From contig JAZDHK010000007.1 of the NCBI GenBank assembly GCA_043806035.1, positions 1-35,819 on the forward strand: DNA of 35,819 bases, given 5' to 3'. Below the pieces are notes generated by a model, which did no database searches, had not been told where the DNA came from, and saw nothing but the letters and a program-made list of their open reading frames with translations. How positions within the stretch are numbered: the stretch's first letter is position 1; each line of letters starts with the position of its first letter. Below, one piece after another: positions 17,207 to 25,734 of the stretch. The DNA is from an archaeon. Its GTDB lineage: Archaea > Nanobdellota > Nanobdellia > Woesearchaeales > UBA9642. The translations under genes were made by a program, and so were the position numbers.

Positions 17207-18529
17207 TCAAAGAAGTCTCATAAGAGCTTCACTCAGCGTTGCAACGGCACAATCAGGCGCTGCGTTGATGTTCAGCTCATGTTTGCTTCCTAATCCCTCT
17301 CCTGATGTCAGGATGGTTTTGCATCCCGCTGCCTTTCCTGCCGCAATGTCTGAAGGCGAGTCTCCTATCATCCAGGATTCTGACAGATCGAGATAGGGGT
17401 CGTCTTTCTTAGCTTGTAGGATGAGCCCGGGTTTTGGTTTTCTGCAGTCACAATCCATCTTGAGTTCTGGAATTTCTCCAAAAAATCCTTTTTCAGGATG
17501 ATGCGGACAAACGTAGATTGCGTCAATATACGCCCCTTCTGCCGCCAGTGCATCAGTCATTTTCTTGTGAACCCTGTCCAGATCGGAAAAGGTCATGAAT
17601 CCTTTCGCAATGATAGGTTGGTTTGTGACAATGATGGCGAAATAGTCGCTTTCATTGATGCGCTTGATGGCCTCAACCACTCCAGGCAGCAGCTCGAATT
17701 GTTCAGGAGAGGTTATGTTTTCTGCGTTCTTGTTGATGACGCCATCCCTGTCAAGGAATATCGCCTTTCTTTTTTTGGTCATGTGCATGATGTCCTTACC
17801 TTTCCACGCAACCCTGAAACGGAGGTATTTCTCGAGCCTGCCGAATTCACGAAAGTCATTGCAGACGAATGCCTGCATGCGTTCCTTATTCACCAGCAGT
17901 TTGGGGAAGACATCTTTGGCAAAATCGACCTTTTTTCCTTCAAGAATGTACTCAAAAACGCTCGGTTCGATGATGTAGATGCCGTTGTTGATGTACGCGT
18001 TGGTGCTGTTGGCAAAATCTTCAGGAGTCGGTTTCTCGATGAAGGACGTTATCATGAATTGTGCATCCGTGCGTATGAGACTGGAACTTTTGTATCCTTT
18101 CGGAAGGTCTCTTACCACAACCGTGCAGGCGGCATGGTGACGGTTGTGTTGTGCAAGGGCGTCGTCCAGCTGCAGCGGGGTAAGCACGTCGCCATAGAAG
18201 ACGATAAACGTATCGTCGATTTTTTTCCGAAGCAGGCCGACCGATCCTGCAGTGCCTAAGAGCTGTTCTGGTTCGGCGCTGTAATCAATATGCATGCCTA
18301 TCTTTTCGCCGTTGCCAAAATACGCCTTGACCTGTTCAGCGAGGTGTGCAACGCAAAAAATGATGTTAGTATAGCCTTGCCGCTTGAATTCGAGCAATTG
18401 GTGCTCGATAAGTGGCCTATCCCCGAGCGGGATGAGGCATTTGGGGATGGTCTGCGTGAACGGCTGCATACGTGTCGCAAGGCCCCCCGCGACGATAACG
18501 ATGACCGGTTTGTCAGGTTCTTTCATCAT
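17207..18529 (-). CDS. Bifunctional sugar-1-phosphate nucleotidyltransferase (HddC/LmbO-like) + HAD bisphosphate phosphatase (GmhB/LmbK-like)
   Basis: N-term VAGGLATRM...PKCL, LGTAG, YGD, FIEKP; C-term FLDRDGVIN, VTNQ, CPHHP, CDCRKPKPG, MIGD. Confidence 0.9.
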   Translation of the reverse strand: MMKEPDKPVIVIVAGGLATRMQPFTQTIPKCLIPLGDRPLIEHQLLEFKRQGYTNIIFCVAHLAEQVKAYFGNGEKIGMHIDYSAEPEQLLGTAGSVGLLRKKIDDTFIVFYGDVLTPLQLDDALAQHNRHHAACTVVVRDLPKGYKSSSLIRTDAQFMITSFIEKPTPEDFANSTNAYINNGIYIIEPSVFEYILEGKKVDFAKDVFPKLLVNKERMQAFVCNDFREFGRLEKYLRFRVAWKGKDIMHMTKKRKAIFLDRDGVINKNAENITSPEQFELLPGVVEAIKRINESDYFAIIVTNQPIIAKGFMTFSDLDRVHKKMTDALAAEGAYIDAIYVCPHHPEKGFFGEIPELKMDCDCRKPKPGLILQAKKDDPYLDLSESWMIGDSPSDIAAGKAAGCKTILTSGEGLGSKHELNINAAPDCAVATLSEALMRLL

Positions 18530-19466
18530 ACACCCACTGGTTGTTCTTAAGCCAGTTGATGGTCTTCTTGACTGCCTGCTCGATGTTCAGCTTTGGCTTC
18601 CAGCCAAGCGCCATCATTTTCTTGACATCAAGAAGAATGAACGGACTATCCCCCACCCAACCGCGCTCTCCTCCCGAATACGTGAACTTCACATCATTAA
18701 GGCCGAGCTCTTTGCACACGATATTCGCTATGGGCATGACTTGTATGTATTCTGGCGTGCCAAGATTGAAGATGTTAATGTTGTCCTTGCATTTCGTTAT
18801 GGCGAGAAACAAGGCGTCCATACAGTCCTGCACGTACAGGTAGCTCTTCTTCTGCTGACCATCGCCAAGCATGTGCAGTCCCTTTGGATTCTCTCTGAGG
18901 CGTTGGTAGAAGTCGAAGACGCAGCCATGCGTGTAACGCTCTCCCATGAGACTTACGAACCTGAAGATGAATACCTGAAAGTCATAACCGACGGCATATG
19001 CCTGCAGTAAGCCTTCGCACGCAAGCTTTGACGCTCCGTACATGGAAGTTTGGATGGGAAAATGATAGTCCTCCGGTGTAGGGAATACGTCAGGCTCTCC
19101 GTAGATGCTGCCCGTGCTTGCGAATGCTATCCTTTTGACGTTGCAGGTGCGCATGGCTTCGAGGACGTTGCTTGTTGCTATGGTGTTCTGCTCAAGGCAT
19201 TTTGTTGGGTATTTGAGATTGTCTTTCACGTCTGCATTCGCTGCCATGTGAAAGACGAAGTCGACGCCAACCATCGCCTTGCACAGACTCTTCATGTCGA
19301 GCAGGTCCGCCTTGACAAAGGTGATGTGTTTTTTTGCATTTTCCAAGAAACGCAGATTTCCTGTCGACAGATTGTCGTACACGATAACGTCATGACCCTG
19401 GTGCACAAGCCTGTCAACGACAGTACTGCCAACGAACCCTGCTCCGCCAGTAACGAGATATTTCAT
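18513..19466 (-). CDS. NAD-dependent nucleotide-sugar epimerase (extended SDR, LmbM/GalE-like)
   Basis: VTGGAGFVGS, DNLSTG, FHMAANADV, SMYGASK, GDGQQKKSYLYV; ATG 19466 after GAGGTGA. Confidence 0.9.
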   Translation of the reverse strand: MKYLVTGGAGFVGSTVVDRLVHQGHDVIVYDNLSTGNLRFLENAKKHITFVKADLLDMKSLCKAMVGVDFVFHMAANADVKDNLKYPTKCLEQNTIATSNVLEAMRTCNVKRIAFASTGSIYGEPDVFPTPEDYHFPIQTSMYGASKLACEGLLQAYAVGYDFQVFIFRFVSLMGERYTHGCVFDFYQRLRENPKGLHMLGDGQQKKSYLYVQDCMDALFLAITKCKDNINIFNLGTPEYIQVMPIANIVCKELGLNDVKFTYSGGERGWVGDSPFILLDVKKMMALGWKPKLNIEQAVKKTINWLKNNQWVYDERT

Positions 19467-19471
19467 ATCAT

Positions 19472-20446
19472 TCACCTCACGATGCCTCTGTACTCTCCCA
19501 CACAATAACCAAAATGCAAAAGCAAAAAGACGAGGAAGACCTGTCCTGATAAGTGCAGTTTTTTCGCTTTCGCGCTCAAGATGATTGCATAGATGAGCGT
19601 GCCTGGAAAGTAGAGCAAAGGGATGAAGAACAGCGGATTCCAGATGGCAAGGAGGGATGAGGCGATAACGATGCCGAACGCAAGAGGAAGAAGGTAGAGT
19701 GGATTGTTGTCAGAGAACTGCTTCTTGAGAAATCCCATGCGGACCCTCCCGTAGAGGACCATGTTCTTCCAGAACTTTATCGGTGTTGGCCTGAACTTGT
19801 GCCAGACAAAACTGTCCTTAAGCCCCATAAGGACGTATCCTTTCTTTTTAAGCAGCAACCCGAGAATCCAGTCATCACCCATATTTCCTGCATACGTGGG
19901 AAAAAGCCCAACATGAAACAGCGCTTTTTTCTCAAACAGGCAATTCGTGCAGGAAAGGCTGAAGACCTGTCCGTCTTTTTTCAGTGGCTTTGCCTGGATG
20001 CTGCCCAAGCTTCCCAGAAATGAGTTAAAGGCAATGCCTATTGCTGTCGTGAAGTCGTCTTTTTCTGCAAGAGGAATGTTTGCCCCACCCACCCCCGCAA
20101 GATGAGGAACGGTCTTTTCGTACGAACAATACTTGCGCGCCAAGTTGTTCAACCAGTCTTTGGGAGGTATGCAGTCGGCATCGGTGAATGCGATGAATTC
20201 ATAGTTTGCCTTGCGTACGCCCACATTCCTGCTCGAATTCTGAAAACGCCCCTTATCTGTAAAGAATCGCACGTTCTTGTGTCGTTTGGAATAGGATTTG
20301 ACAATTTTTGGAGTGGCGTCTGTTGATTGGCCATCAGCCACCACTATCTCGAACGGCTGCGTGTATTTTTGCGCGAGCAATGCATCTAAACACAGGGAGA
20401 TGTTCCTCTCTTCATTCCTCGTTATGACGACTATGGAGACACGCAT
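19472..20446 (-). CDS. Glycosyltransferase family 2 (ExoA-like, C-terminal TM helices)
   Basis: VSIVVITRNEE, ADGQSTD, FTDADC, GVGG; ATG 20446 about 25 nt after TATATAAA. Confidence 0.88.
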   Translation of the reverse strand: MRVSIVVITRNEERNISLCLDALLAQKYTQPFEIVVADGQSTDATPKIVKSYSKRHKNVRFFTDKGRFQNSSRNVGVRKANYEFIAFTDADCIPPKDWLNNLARKYCSYEKTVPHLAGVGGANIPLAEKDDFTTAIGIAFNSFLGSLGSIQAKPLKKDGQVFSLSCTNCLFEKKALFHVGLFPTYAGNMGDDWILGLLLKKKGYVLMGLKDSFVWHKFRPTPIKFWKNMVLYGRVRMGFLKKQFSDNNPLYLLPLAFGIVIASSLLAIWNPLFFIPLLYFPGTLIYAIILSAKAKKLHLSGQVFLVFLLLHFGYCVGEYRGIVR

Positions 20447-20469
20447 GACGAGAAGGATGAGACCTTGAT

Positions 20470-21486
20470 TTATATAGATTTCCGCAAAAGATGACGATTC
20501 ATCAGCAAGCCCGTCAGGACCCCCCACCCATACCCTGCGTGCATGATCGGAATCAAGAACACACATCGCACGTATTCAGGGTCTTTGTGCATGATTATTT
20601 CTTCTGCTGTGACGAGGAAGAGGATGAGCACGTAGGTGAGCAGGAGCAAAAAGAAGAAAAAACGAACAAGCGGATTGAAGAGTGCGGCTATCGCTGCGAT
20701 GAAAAAAAACAGCATGAGCACTGCCAGGGTCGGCGCATACCAGCGTATCGATTGTTTGTGTTTGAGCATGGTCTTGGACATGATCCTACCATAATAGAGC
20801 ATGTGCGAAAAGAATGCACATGCCGATGCTTGTTCATGATGGAATATGGACACGGATGGAAAAAAGAATAATTGCAAACCTTGCTGTCGCAATCTGAAGT
20901 TAAGCTCGTTGTCATCGCTGTTGAAGAGCGTTTCATCATATCTGTTCTTAACAAGCACGTCTTTTCTGTAGAGCGCGTTGCAGTTAGCAATGCTGTCTGT
21001 GGCAAAGGGCGCCCGTTCCTGTGCACTTCCGCTCGAGAGAAGGTCTGATATGATTTGCGCTTGTTTGGAATCTGCGGGGTGTGGCAGTCTTGGTCCGCCG
21101 ACACATGCTACCGTTCTTGGCTGTTGGCCAATGGCTGAAACAAGCGAAGAGAGCCAATGCTTGGGGACTGAGCAGTCCGCATCAGTGAATGTAATGTATG
21201 CTGCTTTTTTGTTGCTTGCGTCGATGACGCAGTTTCTTGCATGACAGGGGCCGAACGCATCGTGCGTCGCTGTGTCGATGATGCGTATGCGCTTGCTTTT
21301 TTTCTGCAATTGCTCCACGGTAGAAAAGGTGTTGTCTGTGGAACGGTCATTGACGAAGATGATTTCAAAAGAAGACTTTGGATAGTCTTGGTCGAGGATG
21401 CAGTGCAGGGTCTCTGCGATGTGTACCTCTTCGTTTTTAGCGATGACACCAACGGTAACGAAGGGAGACGCTGATTTTTTGCGCAT
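20470..21486 (-). CDS. Glycosyltransferase family 2 (ExoA-like paralog)
   Basis: VTVGVIAKNEE, NDRSTD, FTDADC, SDDNELNFRL; ATG 21486 after ATTTATAAAT (21508-21517). Confidence 0.88.
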   Translation of the reverse strand: MRKKSASPFVTVGVIAKNEEVHIAETLHCILDQDYPKSSFEIIFVNDRSTDNTFSTVEQLQKKSKRIRIIDTATHDAFGPCHARNCVIDASNKKAAYITFTDADCSVPKHWLSSLVSAIGQQPRTVACVGGPRLPHPADSKQAQIISDLLSSGSAQERAPFATDSIANCNALYRKDVLVKNRYDETLFNSDDNELNFRLRQQGLQLFFFPSVSIFHHEQASACAFFSHMLYYGRIMSKTMLKHKQSIRWYAPTLAVLMLFFFIAAIAALFNPLVRFFFFLLLLTYVLILFLVTAEEIIMHKDPEYVRCVFLIPIMHAGYGWGVLTGLLMNRHLLRKSI

Positions 21487-21557
21487 GCGACGTCCAGGGC
21501 AAAAATCATTTATAAATGTATAGAAAAGTTTAAAAAGCATCTTGGATTCCTTCATTT

Positions 21558-21671
21558 TGGACGGTCACAGCTGCCTGGTTATACCCGATCCCATTTCGAA
21601 CTCGGAAGTCAAGCAGGCACACGTTGCGGGCTGTACTGCACTCATGTGTGGGAATCCCGCTTCGCTGTCCA
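21558..21671 (+). rRNA. rrf: 5S ribosomal RNA, stand-alone
   Basis: Terminal helix TGGACGG/CTGTCCA; conserved CCCGATCCCATTTCGAACTCGGAAGTCAAGC; GTACT and GGGAA elements; TTTAAAAA about 25 nt upstream and T-tract downstream. Confidence 0.93.
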
Positions 21672-21708
21672 CCTTTTTTCTAAAAAGAAAATAAACAGAA
21701 AAGAATGA

Positions 21709-21939
21709 TTACGACAGCACTGATTCCCCTTCCATCATCAAGTATTCTTCGAGCTCCTTATCCAGATCGTCTTCTGCCTTTTGGGCGTTCTTAAGTATTG
21801 TTTCATAATACTGCACGGGTTTGATGCTCGTGATGATCGTCCGTTGGATGATGTATCTGCCGTTTTTGCTCTTGCCGATTCTGTTCTGGATGATGGGCAT
21901 CCGTCTGAACTGTTCTTCTTTTTTGTTCGTTAATCCCAT
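21709..21939 (-). CDS. Small hypothetical protein (76 aa; basic N-half, acidic tail)
   Basis: ATG 21939 after GAGGTGA; MPIIQNRIGKSKNGRYIIQRTIITSIKPVQYYE core. Confidence 0.7.
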   Translation of the reverse strand: MGLTNKKEEQFRRMPIIQNRIGKSKNGRYIIQRTIITSIKPVQYYETILKNAQKAEDDLDKELEEYLMMEGESVLS

Positions 21940-22081
21940 GGTTTCACCTCGCGCATGAAGCGCATCATCTTTTGTCATCACATCATTCTTATGCATTTTT
22001 AAGAAAAAATCACAAAATCTGCGACAAGCCGTCTTGCATTGCACACGGAAGAATTATAAAGTCTGAAGGCATTCTGCACGC

Positions 22082-22798
22082 ATGAACGTTGCATTCGTCA
22101 TTCCCACGTACAATGAGGCAGCGAACATACAAAAACTCATCCCTCAAATTGCGAAGGTCATGCACGACACAGTCACACACACTACATACAAAATAATTAT
22201 CGTCGATGATGAGTCTCCTGACGGCACGGGGCGCATTGTTGATGTACTGGCAAAAAAATATCCAGTATACGTCATTCATAGGAAAATACGAAATGGCCTG
22301 GGTGAGGCGTACAAGACAGGTCTGAAGTATGGACTCCGCACTGCTGACCTCATTTTTTCCATGGATGCCGATCTCTCCCACAACCCAAAAAGGATTCCTG
22401 CCATGATTGCTGCCGCAAAACATGCTGATGTGGTCATCGGCTCAAGGTACATTTCTGGAGGGGGCGTGGTGAATTGGCCATGGCACCGTAAGCTGCTCAG
22501 CAAGGGCGCGAATACGCTTGCTGCAATGATCCTTGGATTGAATGCACACGATTGCACATCAGGATACAGGTGTTATAGGAAAAAAGTGCTCACGTCCATC
22601 GACTTGAATAGCATCCATTCGAACGGCTATTCCTTCCTCGAGGACATTCTCTACCGTTGTGTGAGAAAAGAATTTAAACTAGCGGAGATTCCCATAGTCT
22701 TTAAGGACAGAGTGCGAGGGGTATCGAAGCTCTCCAAGAAGGAACTGTGGCGTTTCTTCCTTACCCTTCTCAGGCTGCGGTTGGGGTTGAAAACATGA
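22082..22798 (+). CDS. Polyprenol-phosphate mannose synthase (DPM1-like GT2)
   Basis: [58 protein letters not shown]. Confidence 0.9.
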   Translation: MNVAFVIPTYNEAANIQKLIPQIAKVMHDTVTHTTYKIIIVDDESPDGTGRIVDVLAKKYPVYVIHRKIRNGLGEAYKTGLKYGLRTADLIFSMDADLSHNPKRIPAMIAAAKHADVVIGSRYISGGGVVNWPWHRKLLSKGANTLAAMILGLNAHDCTSGYRCYRKKVLTSIDLNSIHSNGYSFLEDILYRCVRKEFKLAEIPIVFKDRVRGVSKLSKKELWRFFLTLLRLRLGLKT

Positions 22799-23817
22799 AA
22801 GCGCTCATCACGGGAATAACGGGACAGGACGGAAGTTACCTTGCAGAATTGCTGCTCAGCAAAGGGTATGAAGTGCATGGTATCGTTCGAAGGTCAAGCA
22901 CGATGAACCGAGAGCGTCTTGCGGCAATCCATCGCGGTGAGATAACTGATAATCCAAAACTCACCCTTCATTATGGCGATCTTTCAGACACTAGCTCTTT
23001 GATGCATATTGTCCAGAAGGTACAACCAGATGAAGTATACAATCTCGGTGCGCAGAGCCATGTGCGCATCAGCTTTGACATTCCCGAATACACGGCAGAT
23101 GTCACAGGGGTGGGGACATTACGCCTGCTTGAGGCAGTCCGTACGCTACGTCCCAGTGCAAAATTCTACCAGGCATCCACTTCAGAGCTGTATGGTGACG
23201 TAACCCAAGGAATGCAGGACGAGAACACTCCCTTCAATCCGCAAAGCCCCTATGCATCAGCAAAATATTTCGCCCATCAAACAACCATAAATTATAGGCG
23301 AGGGTATGGGCTGTTCGCCTGTGCGGGCATTCTCTTCAATCACGAAAGTCCGCGGAGAGGAGAGAATTTTGTCACGAAAAAGATCACGAATGCCGTTGCA
23401 GACATAAAAAAAGGTCTGCCGTACGTACTTGAGTTAGGCAATCTTGAAGCGCGACGGGATTGGGGGTACGCTCCCGAATATGTTGAGGCAATGTGGCGCA
23501 TGCTGCAGCAGGATACACCTGACGATTTCGTCATCGCGACAGGAGAGACGCACACTGTACGAGAGTTCATGGAGAAGACATTTGCCATTGCAGGCATTCC
23601 CGTTGCATCCAATGGTAAGGAAGGTCCTCTCGAAGAATACATACGTACAGACACGAACAAGACGGTCATGCGGATAGACCCTGTGTATTATCGTCCGAAC
23701 GAGGTGAATTACTTGCTCGGCAATCCAGGAAAGGCTGAACGGATTCTTGGTTGGAAGCCGAAGACAACGTTCGAAGAGCTCGTCCGCATCATGGTCGAGC
23801 ATGACCTGAAAAAATGA
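22795..23817 (+). CDS. gmd: GDP-mannose 4,6-dehydratase
   Basis: [57 protein letters not shown]. Confidence 0.96.
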   Translation: MKALITGITGQDGSYLAELLLSKGYEVHGIVRRSSTMNRERLAAIHRGEITDNPKLTLHYGDLSDTSSLMHIVQKVQPDEVYNLGAQSHVRISFDIPEYTADVTGVGTLRLLEAVRTLRPSAKFYQASTSELYGDVTQGMQDENTPFNPQSPYASAKYFAHQTTINYRRGYGLFACAGILFNHESPRRGENFVTKKITNAVADIKKGLPYVLELGNLEARRDWGYAPEYVEAMWRMLQQDTPDDFVIATGETHTVREFMEKTFAIAGIPVASNGKEGPLEEYIRTDTNKTVMRIDPVYYRPNEVNYLLGNPGKAERILGWKPKTTFEELVRIMVEHDLKK

Positions 23818-24731
23818 ACCTGCTCATCACTGGTTGTTCAGGATTCGTAGGAAGCTATCTTGCAGAACATCTTCTTGCGCAGAACCACACCATACATGGC
23901 ACGGATCGTGTTGAGCAAAACGTTTCAGGCGTGCACATGCATGTACTGGACATACGCAATGCAGAAGCCGTTGTTACATTGGTGCAGGACATACGTCCAG
24001 ATTACGTCTATCATCTTGCGGGATTCAGTTCAGTCAGGGAAAGTTGGCTGCATCCCGATGAAGCACAATCCGTAAATGTCGGGGGAACAAAGAATGTGCT
24101 TGATGCGCTGCTACACGTCCCACCGCTCAAGAAAGTGCTCGTCATATCCTCTGGTGAAGTGTACGGTTCTCCTAAAAACAATCCGGTTTCTGAGCAGGAT
24201 GCGCTTGAACCACTATCGCCGTACGCACAATCTCGCGTCGAACAAGAGACGCTTTGTGCAACATACATGGACCGCTTGCCCATCATCATCAGCAGAAGCT
24301 TCAACCACACAGGTCCAGGGCAGACACACGCCATGGTCTGTGGCAGCATCACCAAACAAGTCGCTGATATGATTACGCAAGACAAAGAGCGCATCCTGCA
24401 CATCCGCGATGCGTCCGTACGCAGGGACTTCAGCGACGTTCGCGACGTCGTACGCGCGTACAGCATGGCAATGGAGCATTGTCCCGCAGGACTTACGTTC
24501 AATACGTGCTCAGGCAGGGCATATTCCATCCGTGACATCATTGACATGGCCATTGCACACGTTCCTGGCAAAGTTCTCATCGATGAGCAAAAAGATGCAC
24601 AGCGAAAGACAGACATTCCTTTGCTGTACGGCAGCCATGCATTGCTGACACAGCACACAGGATGGCAACCCATCATTCCGTTCGAGAAGACGATTGCAGA
24701 CATGATTGCATACTGGGTAGAACGTGTGTAA
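23814..24731 (+). CDS. rmd: GDP-4-keto-6-deoxy-D-mannose reductase-like (GDP-D-rhamnose route)
   Basis: [53 protein letters not shown]; coupled to gmd by ATGA overlap. Confidence 0.75.
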   Translation: MNLLITGCSGFVGSYLAEHLLAQNHTIHGTDRVEQNVSGVHMHVLDIRNAEAVVTLVQDIRPDYVYHLAGFSSVRESWLHPDEAQSVNVGGTKNVLDALLHVPPLKKVLVISSGEVYGSPKNNPVSEQDALEPLSPYAQSRVEQETLCATYMDRLPIIISRSFNHTGPGQTHAMVCGSITKQVADMITQDKERILHIRDASVRRDFSDVRDVVRAYSMAMEHCPAGLTFNTCSGRAYSIRDIIDMAIAHVPGKVLIDEQKDAQRKTDIPLLYGSHALLTQHTGWQPIIPFEKTIADMIAYWVERV

Positions 24732-24806
24732 TTGCAGGGAGTAGGTATCCTCATTGCGATTCGGGAACCGTACTCCCCTTAGTCGAAAGCACTTCCGTGC
24801 AGGATA

Positions 24807-24951
24807 TGCGGGGAGTAGGATTCGAACCCACGAAGGCGCTAAGCCAGTAGATGGCTCAGTGCAGGCCTTGCGGACTGCACAAACTTGAGTATGGGTTGTT
24901 AGCGCCAAGACGCCAAACATCTACCCCGTTTGGCCACTCCGGCATCCCCGC
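24807..24951 (-). tRNA. tRNA-Leu(CAA) with two introns (30/31: 24891-24920; 37/38: 24853-24883)
   Basis: Acceptor stem GCGGGGA/TCCCCGC + A73, GGTTCGAATCC T-arm, long variable arm, anticodon stem GTAGA/TCTAC; removing two BHB/BHL-bounded inserts gives loop CTCAAGA and an 84-nt tRNA; TTTATAAA promoter at 24976-24983; no encoded CCA. Confidence 0.92.
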
Positions 24952-24984
24952 ATGACAGATAGAAAAAGATGGCGGTTTATAAAA

Positions 24985-25494
24985 TTAACCCATCCTCTTG
25001 AGTTTCGCTTCTATTCCTGAGAGCAAATCGTTCAATTGGTCTAGTTCCGATTTTGGTTTTATAGTAGGAGATGTTGGTTTGGGTGTCGGTTGTGGCTCTG
25101 GCTTGATGGGTTGTTTTTTTGGCTGTTCTGTTTTCTGCTGTTCTGCTTTGGCAGCTTCCTGCCGTGCCTTCTGTACAGCCTCTTGCTTTGCTTTCTCTTC
25201 TGCTGCGCGTTTTGCGCGCAACTGGTTTCTGTACGCTGCGATCTTCTCGTCTGGGAAGTACTTGTTGAGCTTGTTGCAAAGCAGGGTTACTTCTTTGAGT
25301 TGTTCTCTGAATCGTTCGAAGAATAATTGTTTTTTTTGCCTGAGTAGGACGAGCTTATGATAGTCTTGCAGTGCGTAAATGACGCGCCTGCTGCTTTCCA
25401 GAACTCCACGTCGTATGTCAGGAGCATCCTTTACTGCAACAAAATAGTCTTCTTGCGCAGTTGCCTCTTTCTGTTTAGGTAGTGGTTTTGCCAA
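24985..25494 (-). CDS. Hypothetical coiled-coil protein with K/P/Q-rich linker
   Basis: 169-aa ORF with TTG start, helical N-half and short C-terminal helix; operon with the two upstream genes. Confidence 0.75.
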   Translation of the reverse strand: MAKPLPKQKEATAQEDYFVAVKDAPDIRRGVLESSRRVIYALQDYHKLVLLRQKKQLFFERFREQLKEVTLLCNKLNKYFPDEKIAAYRNQLRAKRAAEEKAKQEAVQKARQEAAKAEQQKTEQPKKQPIKPEPQPTPKPTSPTIKPKSELDQLNDLLSGIEAKLKRMG

Positions 25495-25496
25495 TC

Positions 25497-25724
25497 TTAC
25501 ACATCAGGTTCGAACAATGTTTTGTCTATCGTCGCAATGCGTTTTGCAATGTCATCTAGGTTTCGGTTCCAATCATCGAGCTCTTTGTCCTCTTCTGCTT
25601 TGAGCTGATTGATTTGCTGTATGGTCTCTTTGGACTCTGCTACTTTTGCCTTAAGGACGTCCATGATGTCCAGCACTTCTTTGTAGTCGTTGATTTTCAC
25701 GAAGACGGGAGCAGTATCTGCCAT
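25497..25724 (-). CDS. Small hypothetical coiled-coil protein
   Basis: ATG 25724 after GAGGTGA; PVFVKINDY...IDKTLFE. Confidence 0.8.
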   Translation of the reverse strand: MADTAPVFVKINDYKEVLDIMDVLKAKVAESKETIQQINQLKAEEDKELDDWNRNLDDIAKRIATIDKTLFEPDV

Positions 25725-25734
25725 GTGGTTCACC

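Noticed and set aside
10244-19466. A lincosamide antibiotic biosynthetic cluster
   Set aside because: No aminotransferase, amino-acid activation/condensation, thiol-transfer or resistance genes; the context is GTs and a flippase, so a structural glycan is more likely
24853-24920. Single 68-nt intron or a different anticodon (e.g. TTT right after the stem)
   Set aside because: The body is clearly Leu-type, and only the two-intron solution gives BHB/BHL junctions and a canonical CT-CAA-GA loop
1-24951. Whole glycan region as a tRNA-integrated mobile island
   Set aside because: No integrase or transposase seen, and the region contains the 5S rRNA gene
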